Origin: Setoptus koraiensis
Taxonomy: Eukaryota; Animalia; Arthropoda
Direction of reading: 5' to 3'
DNA length: 64,000 nucleotides
NCBI GenBank assembly: GCA_048013815.1
Contig: CM106585.1
Coordinates: forward strand, 14,942,001-15,006,000
The notes under the pieces were generated by a model. It had not been told where the DNA came from. It did no database searches and saw only the letters and a program-made list of their open reading frames with translations. Below are positions 25,794 to 37,684 of the stretch, one piece after another (the first letter of the stretch is position 1; the number at the start of each line of letters is the position of its first letter). The translations under genes and the position numbers were made by a program.

Positions 25794-26598
25794 AGGGCCA
25801 GCAAAGCGGAGAGCGCTCGGGCTTCTCGCTCGATTGCAGTGCCATCGGTGGCCCGAGTTGCCGGAATCGCCCGAATTGCGCGGATTGCCCGAGCGCCCGA
25901 ATCGCCCGAGCGCCCGAATCGCCCGAATTGCGCGGATTGCACGAAACGCCCGAATTGCCCGAATCACAAGCGCACTGTGCACTTGTGAGCAACTCCAAGC
26001 CGGCGCAAGGTGGGCGCGTTCCGGTGACTTGTCCGCTGGCGCCCCGGGTGACAGCAGGGTCAGGCGATTGTTTGCGGGCCGGCTGGCAATTGGCAACTGC
26101 AAACAATCGGCAGCCAGTTGGCGAGTAAGCGATCTCCGCTGTGTATGTGTCACATGCAGTCACGAGCACCACTCATTTGCATATCTGCTCTTGTGTGTGT
26201 GTGTCGCTGGAACAGCCGAATGGGACCCGTTCGAACTGGAGCAATCTGTTAGAATTGCTTCCATGGCCAGTGTCGCAGCGCCAGCCTGGCGCTGGCACCG
26301 GCGACACAAATTATCCGAGTCGCCACGATTGGCACAGATATTGCGCAGTGTCGCACAGCGCAATCTGGCCTGTCAGTCGGCGGGCCAGCCGACGGCGTCA
26401 ATGGCGGCGTGGGCGACATGGGAACGGCACCCAATTAAGAGACACATTATTAATATTCCTCCCATTGGCTTGCATGGGCTCCCGCCGGCCTGCGCCCGCT
26501 TCCACTGGCTGCCGCGAGCCGCCATCGGCCTGCGCGCGGTCCGCTCGTCATAATGAGCGACTCTCATCAACGTCGGCCGCTCCGTTTAGCCGCTCTCT

Positions 26599-26751
26599 GG
26601 CGATTGTTTGTTGTTGTTGTCGGCGTTGCTGCTGTCGCTGTTGCTGTTGTCGCTGTTGCTGTTGTTGCCGTTGCTGTTGTTGCCGTTGCTGTTGTTGTTG
26701 ATGCTGTCACTGTTGTTGTCGTTGTTGCTGCTGTCGCTATTGTCGCTGTTG
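26599..26751 (+). repeat. Degenerate (GTT/GCT/GTC)n trinucleotide tract
   Basis: Direct inspection. Similar non-coding tracts lie at ~34220-34265, 34470-34565, 34720-34800, 35363-35480, 37140-37227 and 52760-52825. Confidence 0.9.
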
Positions 26752-28567
26752 GCGCAGTGTCCAATCAAGCGGCAGCAGTCGCCGTACGCAAACAGCTTAA
26801 TTAGTGAGTTGCATTGTTTGCATTCTGTCATTCTCATCATATTCGCTGGCGCAGTTTGTGGCGCCCCCGCCGTCGCACCATGTCAATTTGTTATGGTCAC
26901 TCACATTTGTTGTTTCTTTTTCCGAGCCAGCCTTCGTACAGCACGTATGCGGCCCCGTTGCGCCCCCTCCGAACCGTTACATTTAAATACAACATGCATC
27001 ATGCAATGTTGTATTTAAATGTACGCAACGCACACCAGATGGCGCCAACTCATTTCCCATTTGCCACTATTTATTGCCACCGTTTACCAGCTATGGCGAC
27101 TCGCTATTTGTGACCGGCTATTTGTGACCGGCTATTTGCGACTCGCACCGGGTCGCATCATGCGTCGATATGTCGCCCCTTGCGGTGTCAGTTGCCGGCC
27201 GCGGCTGTTGCGTTCGGCCGGCCGCTGCAAATTGGAAGAGAATTTCGAAGCGAGCAAGTGAACGAGAAACGAGAACGAGTGAGAGTTGGATAATGACAGC
27301 AATTGTTTACTGGCCGCTTTTGATTGATGCGCTCCACTACTCCGGCCGCTCCACTGGCCGGCCAGCAGCAGCCCCACAGCTAATGATAGGTGAGTTGTGA
27401 GTGTTGGTTGTGGAGCAACGGAATTTCAATTTGGCCGATCTCTCGCCGTTGTTGTTGTTGCTGCTGTCGCTGTCGTTGCCGTTGCGGCCGCGGCAACAAC
27501 AACAACGGCGACAACAACAGCGACGGCGCTGAGAAGAGTTGAGCTGCAACAACATTTCACGCTAATGATCAGCGGTAGCCGCTTGGGCAGCCGCTGTTCA
27601 GTTGGCGGCCAAACAAGAGCAATGAGATATTGTGAGAGAACACAACAGGTGAGTCGGCTTGTGATGGCTCAATTTGGCTTGTGCTTGCCATCGGAGCCAG
27701 CACTCTGTTTTGCGTGTTATGCAATCAATTGATTTTGGTCACGTCATGTTACGGCGGCAGCAACAACAACAACAACAACAACAACAGTATGGGGCAGCCA
27801 ACACAGTGCCGATTGAGCGAGACAGTGAGAACAAAGAACAATTTGCAATTATCAATCTGGAGCTATCGTCGGCCGACATCGGACGTTGCAAGGCATGAGG
27901 CTGGCGGGCTTAGAATTAAATCCGCGAATCGATTTGTTTTGTCTTGGCCGGTGATTGGCGAACGGTCCGCCAGACGGCCCTCGATTGCCGGTGCTTGCAA
28001 ATTATACATCCAGTGCTGGCCAGTATCACATTGCATCGGCTGATGCGCCGATAACGCAATGCCACAGTGACTATGGTTACTATGGTGCAGCGGCAACAAG
28101 TTGTTCACGCTGATCCTAATTGGAGCAGCATCATTGTCGTGAGCAAACACACCGCTGCAAGCGGCCTGGCCGGCGCTCGTTGTCGTGCTATTCGCTGCTC
28201 AATGTATTGTTTGGTGGGTGCAAGCGTCCGGCGGCAACAAGTGGCCAGCAAGTGCCAGCTCGAAACAAGCCCCAAAATATATATTACGGCAACAAAATAA
28301 AGAGCCTCGCTGTTCACGTGAACAGTTTATATGCGTCGGAATTGTTGGTCGCAATCGGCGACCGGCCGCATCCACTGGCCGACCCAGCGCCACTGAAACA
28401 AGCAGCGACAACGAGCGATTCTCATCAGTGTTCGGCGTTCGGCGTTCGGCGTCGATGACGCGGCGATGATGCCGGGGTATCTCGAGGCATCATGATATCT
28501 TAATTGTTCACTCGGCCAGCGTCCATTGGCGGGCGCATACCGGCCCAGGTAGCAGGGCACAAGCGGA

Positions 28568-29067
28568 NNNNNNNNNNNNNNNNNNNNNNNNNNNNNNNNN
28601 NNNNNNNNNNNNNNNNNNNNNNNNNNNNNNNNNNNNNNNNNNNNNNNNNNNNNNNNNNNNNNNNNNNNNNNNNNNNNNNNNNNNNNNNNNNNNNNNNNNN
28701 NNNNNNNNNNNNNNNNNNNNNNNNNNNNNNNNNNNNNNNNNNNNNNNNNNNNNNNNNNNNNNNNNNNNNNNNNNNNNNNNNNNNNNNNNNNNNNNNNNNN
28801 NNNNNNNNNNNNNNNNNNNNNNNNNNNNNNNNNNNNNNNNNNNNNNNNNNNNNNNNNNNNNNNNNNNNNNNNNNNNNNNNNNNNNNNNNNNNNNNNNNNN
28901 NNNNNNNNNNNNNNNNNNNNNNNNNNNNNNNNNNNNNNNNNNNNNNNNNNNNNNNNNNNNNNNNNNNNNNNNNNNNNNNNNNNNNNNNNNNNNNNNNNNN
29001 NNNNNNNNNNNNNNNNNNNNNNNNNNNNNNNNNNNNNNNNNNNNNNNNNNNNNNNNNNNNNNNNNNN
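28568..29067. other. Assembly gap (exactly 500 N)
   Basis: Run of N. The round length suggests a placeholder gap size. Confidence 0.99.
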
Positions 29068-29164
29068 GCATGCCGATGCCGGCCGACAGACGGCCAACAA
29101 CACGCGATACAATCTGACGCAATTAAATAGAGTAGCACAGGGATCACTTTCGGCCAATGATTGA

Positions 29165-29219
29165 TCACCTATCGAACTCACCTGTGTGTTCGATAGGTGA
29201 GTGTGTGTTCGATAGGTGA
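29165..29219. repeat. Inverted repeat (13-bp arms) whose right arm is also tandemly duplicated
   Basis: TCACCTATCGAAC-tcacctgtgt-GTTCGATAGGTGA, followed by a second GTTCGATAGGTGA at 29207-29219. Confidence 0.9.
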
Positions 29220-31870
29220 GTGTGTGTGTGTGTGTGTAAGTGTGTTTGTGTGCAGCGCTACAACAGGTGACTTGCTTGATTACTGTCCGCCTGGCTACTG
29301 TTGCTGTCGGCCGGCCGATACATCATGTGATGCGAGATATCATATAATGCGAGACGTCATATAATGCGAGACAGCATCACACGATGAGTTGCGTATTCAA
29401 TTGCACAATTGAGCTAAACACAGTGGCGCATCTCGCAGTGCTGAGCAGCCCAAATAGACAACTCACCAAGACGCCGGCCAACTGATGCCACTGACCACTG
29501 CGCTGTCCAGCACACACTATGAGAGTTAGCGAATGTATGGCAGTCAGAGAACGGACACTTGTGCCTGGCCAGCCGCTGAGATGTTCATTAAGACATTCGC
29601 TCGCTTCGTGTTCGCAAACACTCCTCGAACTTCCAAGTCCGAACTTCGAAGCTCGAACTTCGAAGCTCGAAGCTCGCAGCTCGAGGAGTGTGCAGACACT
29701 TTATATCACTGGTCGGCGTGGCGATGCAATCTGCGCAAAACGGAGAGTGATTGTGCAACATGACCCACCGTTGCTAACTAACTTTTCAACTCGACCGCTT
29801 CAATAGGAATCCCATTGCGACAGCAGTGTGTGCAAGAACGATAAAAAGCAATCTCTTATCCGCGATGATTGATCAATCGAACCGATCGGACAGTGCCGCC
29901 GATCGTTGCGCCAGCTGGCCCCTCGAACGCAATCATTCAATAATCAGCTGATTATCGTCGCTTCGACTCGAAGCCTCCGATTTCGACGACGCAACGACTT
30001 GCGACGACCCGAAGTTCGGCGACTCGTAACTTACGAGTGCAGCCGCGTTCACAGCCCAAGCCACGCGATACTATCGCGCCGATAGTGGCCAGCGCCGGGA
30101 CGGACGGGCGCCCTTCGATGGTTTGTGGCGCCCGTTTTGCGCTGCGAGACTGCGCTTCATGCCGGCTCCGCTGGGCGCCCTGATTCGGCTTTGGACGGGC
30201 CGGCTTCGAACGAGCCGGCTCGGGAAAGTGAGCGATCGCAGGGGCGCCCGTGAGCGGCCGGCAAAAGATTAACTGGCCGCCGAGAGCCGCCGATTGCGAC
30301 GCATCGCAGCCAATCCGATTATATCAATCATGCGAGCTCTATTCGCTGTTGGGTTCGCTCTGCGAACCCAACAGCGAGTTTGTGCAAACCCGCAACAGCG
30401 AGCGGTACCGGTAATCCTTTCGACGGAGCGTTCGGGCGAGCGTCCAGCGAAGCGCCGGCACCGGCACAATTGGAATTTCGAAGGGCACGCCGATGCTAAT
30501 GAAGCCAGCGCGCCGCTTGTCGGCGATTGCGGCGCGGCTTTGCCGATGGCCAGCTAATGCCGTTATTTATTAGTTGTTGAAAGTTGTTTATTAATACTGG
30601 CTTCGCGGCTACCTGCGAAACAAGCGGCCACAGCGAGAAAACAAGAGTTTTGGTTGGCCGAGCGCCGTCGATGCCATTATGCATTTTTCACTCATGCCCG
30701 CTGACTAAACATTCGGGGCTGACGGTGCGGATGCCATCGCGCCGGCGATTATCAGCCGGCCGAGCTAATAATCATTTCAATCCCGCGAACAGCCGTGATT
30801 ATTCACTGTGCCGAGGCTATTTTTAGACGCATGCAAGACCGGCTCTCGAGACCGACTGCGCCGCTTCCGCGACCGTTCGAGCTATCGCCACTCGCTCGCC
30901 GCTCGTCCGCCGCTCGTCCGCCGCTTGCCCGTCCGCGTAACCGGGCGCCATTGTCGGCCCGCTGGCCCGTTCCAACAGTATAAGACGGTTTCAACAAGCG
31001 TGCTCGGTTTGCTGGGCGCGCCATGAGCGCTGAGTCCCCATTAGCGTCCACTCGGGAGCCGGCTCAACGCACGGTCTGGCTCGCCGGCAAAATGGCCTCA
31101 AAATGGCATCGAACTTGGCCGGGCCATCGATTCAGTCTGGCGAGACACTATGTATATTCAATTAGCTGTTAGCCGTGTTGAGTGGGGCTCACACAGGGCT
31201 CCACTGTTAGCATACTCGGTATGTGTGAGGTGAAGCCGGCCAAATGCTAAAAAGTTATTACTGCGGCCGGCTTACAAGTTGTAAGTTACAACGTGCCTGA
31301 GAGAGCCCGAAATGTCCGAAAAAATTAGCGGTTTGTCTGGGAATTATTATGGTAATTTGTGGAAAGTGAGTCCTCAGTGAAAAGTGAATTTCTCACACTT
31401 TATTATTCAGCTTTTAGCAGCCATTGGCACTGCCAATGGCCAGTGTGATGCAATCAGCATCGAGCATCAAACACGACACGCAGCTTCGGCCAAACCAGCG
31501 GCCAGCGGTGATAAAGTCCAATTACGTAATGGTTCTCAATGGTTGCGAATCTCAATGGTTGCGAATCTCAATGGCGTCCAGTGACCAGAGACCGTTTAGT
31601 GGCCAGCGTAATTGGCTCGGGCTTCAGGTGAGTCATCTTGGCTGAGCTGGCCAAACTGGCCAAGTTGGCTCGCTCTCTCTCTGTGGCCGCTTGTTGCTTG
31701 GTGATCGATGATGCAATCTCGAATGGTCGCAACATTTGAGTGCCATCGTATGCCGTGTGCGAGGCAGGTGAGTGAGCGGGCAAAAGTGGCCAAATTTGCT
31801 GCTGGCGTCGGTCGTGACTTTGCTTGTGTCGATTCGAGGCGCCACTATTATGCTCGTCACTCATTTCAAT

Positions 31871-31950
31871 CTCAATGGATCTCGATGGATCTCAACGGAT
31901 CGCAATGGATCGCAATGGATCGCAATGGATCGCAATGGATCGCAATGGAT
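31871..31950 (+). repeat. Tandem repeat, 10-bp unit C(G/T)CAATGGAT x8
   Basis: Direct inspection. Confidence 0.93.
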
Positions 31951-33999
31951 CTCGGCAGACCGCAGTGGAAGGATTCAATTGGACAAACACGACCACCGCA
32001 TCACATCGCTACAGTGAATGGGCAGCGGCCATCGGGAATGCGATTTTTCGCATCAAAACGCTTGCCTACTAGGCGAGAATAGGCCTAGAATAAAAGAATC
32101 GCGCTATAATAATAATAATACCAGTGACTTGTGCTGGTAGCAACCTGTAACGAGGTGAGAATGAGAGCGCTAATGAGGCATTGAAATGCAAATTAGTTCA
32201 TTCACTACCAGTGGCTACTTGTTGCTATAAGCGCTATTGCTGGCGATATTGCGTTGGTTGCTTGGCCGCAACGGTCCACCAAGCAACGGTCAGAATAATG
32301 AAAAAATGAATCTCTATCGGCCGATCTTCATTGTCTCTTGGCTGCCACAAGTGACGCAACAACAAAGCCAGTCTGTCGGTTGTTGGCCAGTCGGTCGGTT
32401 GTTGGCCAGTCGGTCGGTGGCAACAAGGGGACAGGCAAGAATGAAAGTGAGAAATCAATTAGTGCCACCCGTGGGCCGCCACGGCCAGCCAGCGCTGATT
32501 GTTTGACGGACTCATTGGTTACATAATCGGAATCAGCTGATTCTCTTGGCTTGTCTTGTCTTCTTTTGTGTCAGCCAACTTCGTTACAACTGGAGCCATT
32601 TTGGGCCAATCTAACAGGTTGCAAGTTGTTAATTAGTGCAACACTTTGTGTAACACTTTTGTCGACAACCGCCGGCCGGTCGGGCAACACGTTTGCACTT
32701 TGTGCTTCGAATCTCACACTGCGAATTGCGTCGGACAGCAATATTTCTATTATTGTTGGCATTATTATGCGCTATTATTATCGAGAATTTATTATTTGTG
32801 TATTTGTGCTGCCACAGGCAGCTCATTTGGCGTATATTTGGTGAGCTGTGTGCGTGAGTTGTGTGCCAGCAGGCAATTATCAGCAGGCTGACCGTTGATA
32901 TACGTATAAAACAAAACGAAACAAGACAACAAATTCTATTGGCCGAAATTGGCCCATTGTCGTGAACATCAACGTGACTATAAATATGAATGCGAATTGC
33001 TGCCAATTGCGTAAGCCCAGAATCGCAATCGCTGACCGAAAAATTCCGAAAATCGTTGCCCAAATTCCAACAGAAATTGTTGCCCGAATTTCAAACTTCG
33101 CCCCGGCCCAAAACAAAAACGGCACAGTTATTGTTTCACGCCAGCGCCACTGTTGAGCTATTTCGCCATTTCTCAAACAATTGCCAAAATAGATTCTAGC
33201 GCTAGATTGCGCAATGCGCACAATGGCGCCGTTGTTGTGCCAATTTGCATATCGAAACCGTTATTGGATGTTTCGCACTTGGCACTCATAGTTGCCTCAT
33301 GGGCTAACAAGAGTCATGGCCCGTGTTTGTGTGTCGGCCGGCTGTTCGCTTGCCACAGCCGGTTTTGTTTGCATGCCCCCAGCATGTCACACAGTCAGTT
33401 CATGAGAGTTACATAATACTGACACACAATTGTGCGCACTTGGCATGTGCTGACCATTGCTTGTCAGCTGTGTGTCAATCTGGTGTCAATTGCGGCCACT
33501 TTGCAGCGACACTGTAGGCGACAATACATCAGGCGACAATACAAGTTGTGAGATAGAAATGTGACAAATGTGAAAAATCTCATCGACCCAATTCATCGGC
33601 AATACGAAATTATCCGCTGCTATATGCATGCATACGTACGCACATTACGCATAACTTACGCTACACTTACGTAATGTGACTTACATAATGTGACTGGCAT
33701 GATGTAACTTGTTACAAACAAGTGAGTTGCAGCGCTCTAGCTTGCATCATCTAGTTGTGGCGCCCGGCCTGCAGGTGGCGCTGGCCCGTTTTGAGGGGCA
33801 CCGTCATTAGCGGTTGTTGTGAGCCAAGTTGTGTGAGCAGCTGACTGGAGCAGACAAAGCAGCGAGCTGGCCTGTGGTCAGGGCACAATTGTGCACCATT
33901 GCGCAATTGAAGGCACAAGGCTGGCCCGATTGTGCAAGGGTGAGCGGGGTCAATGAGCGCAACGAGCGTTCAACTGTGCGAATTCCGAGGGCCTTTGCG

Positions 34000-34080
34000 C
34001 CGTTCTCTGGCCGGTTCTCTGGGCCGTTCTCTGGCCGGTTCTCTGGGCCGTTCTCTGGGCCGTTCTCTGGGCCGTTCTGT
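34000..34080 (+). repeat. Tandem repeat, 12-bp unit GTTCTCTGG(GCC/CCG) x~6.5
   Basis: Direct inspection. Confidence 0.92.
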
Positions 34081-36347
34081 GAGCGTTCGTTGGGCGATCG
34101 AACGGCGAGCGAGCGAATGAGAGCGAATGAGAGCGAACAACAATAAAGTGTCACAACAATTGGTCGGCGATCGCGACAGGCCGACAAGTCGCAGCGTCAC
34201 TTGTCATATTGTTTGCGTTGTCGCTGTTGTCGTTGTCGCCGTTGTTGTCGCTGCTGCTGCTGCTGTGCAGTGTTGCCGCTGCAAAGCGAGTTGATTGCTA
34301 TATTATCATGCGCATTATTATTATGCAACACTCATGTCGTGTGCGCGACACCTGTTTTGCGCCTCAAACTGTCGAGCTGGTCGTGTGACAAATGCAGCTT
34401 AACAGTGGCAACTGGACAGAGCGCACAAACAATTCAGTGCGAGATTGTGTCGCTGTCAGCGACTTACCGGTTGTTGTTGTTGTCGTCGTTTCAGTTGTTG
34501 TTGTCGATTCAGTTGTTGTTGTCGATTTAGTTGCTGTCGTTGTTTGCGTCGCCACAACAACCACCAAATATTCAGTTGTCGCCAATTAAGCGCCGGTGTC
34601 CAGCTGGCCGCCGTTTGTTGGCGACAGCGCTCGCCAGCGAGCGCAAAGCAACGCACCAAATCAAATTAGAGCGACCACAAGTGGACCGAGCCAAGAGTAA
34701 TTGTCGTTGCCATGTCCGCACAACGACGCCAACAACAACGGCAGCAGCAGCAGCAACAACAACAACAACGACAACAACGACAACAACAACAACAACAATC
34801 CGCGATCTCGAGCGAGAACGAATAAAGCAAATACGAATAAACAAAACAATGGCTCCGGTTGTGTTTTAATTCTGCTTCGCTGAGCACGCCGGCGAGCTGC
34901 CCGGCGAGATAGCCGCCATTAAGCATAGCTGGCCATTAGTGCCGCTATTAGTTCACCTGTGCGGTGCTGCTAGCGCGGGATTGGTCTTGGCGATTACGCA
35001 ACCATTGGCCGCTAGTGGTTGGCCGGTGCTGCTGTTGTTGCCGTCGCCGCTGTGGTTGCCGTGGCTGCTGTGGTTGTTGCCGCTGCCGTAGTTGTTGTCG
35101 TTGTTGTCGGTGTTGTCGGCAGCCGAGCCACGGTTGTTGGGCGGCCTAATTCAATTTGTATCGTTTGGCGAGCCAAAAACAACACGCCGAGTGCATGGGT
35201 GAGCGCATGAGTGCCGATACAAGTTGTAGCGATCGAAACAGAAATAAATAATGCTCTCATCGAGCCAACACCACGGCTGATCTCGAACAGCATGCCGGGG
35301 CTAATCCTGTGACGCAACGCTCGCCTTGTACAATCAAATGAGTTGTATCCCTGTCGTGAGCATACAACAGCAGCAACAACAGCAGTAACAACAGCAACAG
35401 CAACAGCGACAACAACAACAGCGACAACAACAACAACAACAGCAACAACGACAACAGCGACAACAACAACAAGCAGCCAGCAACGGGCGCAAAGTGTCGC
35501 ATCCCTTGCTCATTAGTCGGTCGTGTGTCGAAATTATCATTATTATTATCCATTATCCCACGAGGCACGACGACGAGCCATCATGCAACGACGACTCTAT
35601 TATTGGATGGCGGGCTGGATTGGATCGGCGCGACAGTCAAATATTATATAACATGTTATGCATCATGTGCAGCGCAAGAGGCTGACAATAAAGTCGCTGG
35701 CTTGCGTCTTAAAAGTTGTTATTAACAGCGACGCCTTGCCAACGATCCATCTCTGTCAGCTGCGAGCGAGAGTGATGGACAGTGATTCTGTCTCGCCGGC
35801 CAACTCTGGCAAGCCCGACAACTCGAGCGACTCAGCGCTTCTTTTCTGCCTGCAGACAGACAAGTTGTCTGAAAGAACCCAACTTTGGGCTCGCACCGCT
35901 CGAACCGCTTTGAGCTTCCACTCACACAGTGACTCGCAGTGGCAGAGGGCACAATTTCTCAAAAATCACAGCCGCTCTCGATATGGTTTGTGACGACAAA
36001 CACTTGAGTGGCAAAACAAAGACAGTCTGTTGTTTGTTTGGCTGTGTTTGTCGTTGTTGTTACTCGCCCTCGAGTGCCTTCACATGTCTCTGAACACTTG
36101 AGCCGGCCCCACATATATATCGTACATGCATCGGATATATATCGTACATAGATCGGATATATGTCGTATATATCGTATGTATCGTATATGTCGTGCCACA
36201 CACAATATGATGGCAATTGCGCCGGCCAGCCACTTTGCTTTGTCTCATTAATATCTATTAATCTGTCTAATGTGTCGTGACATGAGACTCGCTCGCTTGC
36301 ACTGGCGAGTTGCCGCTTGTGAGTTGCCAGCACTCATTTTGACATTG

Positions 36348-36380
36348 CAATTTGGGGCCCATTGAGCGGGCCCCAAATTG
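36348..36380. repeat. Inverted repeat, 13-bp perfect arms, 7-nt loop
   Basis: CAATTTGGGGCCC-attgagc-GGGCCCCAAATTG. Confidence 0.93.
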
Positions 36381-36810
36381 GAATTAACTCCAACTGGCTC
36401 GAGCGGGCCCGTTCGGCCAAATCGGCGCAATCGGCCCGATCGGCCCAATTGGCTGACCGAGCAGTTGCACAAACTGTGCCCGACCACAAAAATTGCACCT
36501 GATGCGATAAGGGTTGTAGACAACAGTGCGGCCGATCGCGTTACTGTTGCGTAATGTTGCGAGCACTCACGAGCACTGTTGTCGGCTTGTTGTTGCGCTT
36601 TCGGTGCCAACGGAACGCGGCTTGCAAAACGCGATTTAGAGCGATTATTGTGACACAACAATTATTGTAGGTGGCGCAATAATACAATACAAGCAAAACA
36701 GAGTTATAATAATAATAATGGAGAATTATTATAGAGAAATGGCCACTTGAGACAACGAGAGAAACTTGTGTGACACCTTGCGCACAATTTGTGCACCAAG
36801 CGCCACTAGG

Positions 36811-36860
36811 CGATATCGGGCCCCACTTGGCGATATTGGGCCCCACTTGGCGATATTGGG
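36811..36860 (+). repeat. Tandem repeat, 20-bp unit CGATATYGGGCCCCACTTGG x2.5
   Basis: Direct inspection. Confidence 0.88.
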
Positions 36861-37574
36861 CGCCATCGGTGCTGGTGCCCAATTGTATTTGGCGCCCCAT
36901 AACTGGTAATTGTGTGTCGTATTACGCAACGGGCACAGTGCAGCCTCATCAATCTGTAGCCAGTTGCTGGCTGGCCAGTGTCGCTGTTGGTGTCGCTATG
37001 GCAACTGGCTGCGCAACGGAAGTCGCTGGCTAACACCAGAGTGTGTGTGTTTATCAAGCGCTGATTGATGGCTCGAGGCAAGCCAAGTGAGACAGATAAA
37101 TGAGCCAGTGACAAATGTTGGCAAGTTACGCAATGGTGGTTGGCGTCGTTGTTGGCGTCGCTGTTGCCGCTGTTGTTGTTGCTGTTGTTGTTGCTGTTGT
37201 TGTTGCTGTTGTTGTTGCTGTTGTTGTCGCGTATTTGAGCAGAGCGGCCCAACACAAGCCAACAATTTGCTGCCAGCTAAATGGGCGAACGGGCCCCGAC
37301 CGGCCGACGCGAACAGCCCGAACAGCAGCGTCTCGACGAGTGCAAAAAATACACGCTGCCACAATGGCGAGATATTTATCTTGTGCTGTCTGCCGTTACT
37401 GTTCGTGCCCGCTGCTTCGACCAGCATAATGTCTGTCTATCGATCAATGGTGGTGTTAGTGCAAACACAAATTAATAGCGTCTTTACACTGATATTGTTG
37501 GTCGCGAATCGCGATCGATCGGCGATACTGTGGCTGAGTGCGCTGCAAGCGCAACTATTTTCATTCCGCCATTC

Positions 37575-37684
37575 CGAGACTCTGGGACTCCGATACTGCG
37601 AAACTCTGAGACTGCGAAACTCTGAGACTCCGATACTGCGAAATCCTGAGACTCCGCCACTCTGAGACCCTGAGATTCTGAGAT
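37575..37684 (+). repeat. Degenerate 8-bp-period array (ACTCTGAG/ACTGCGAA/ACTCCGAT)
   Basis: Direct inspection. Confidence 0.8.

Noticed and set aside
25330-26701. Overlapping long ORFs on both strands (343, 280, 197 and 186 aa)
   Set aside because: They are explained by GC-rich 19-bp and 9-bp arrays and trinucleotide tracts that lack stops; no domain is recognisable.
28327-29181. Four long ORFs (204-284 aa) in the track
   Set aside because: They are open only because they cross the 500-N gap.
29625-29684. GAA/TTC-rich array resembling heat-shock elements
   Set aside because: The spacing is GAAnTTC and TTCGAA rather than nGAAnnTTCn; it is a 14-bp tandem repeat.
34201-37665. Many poly-C/V/L/Q/T/N ORFs that look like metallothionein or mucin
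   Set aside because: They are translations of non-coding (CAA/TTG)n tracts in all frames.
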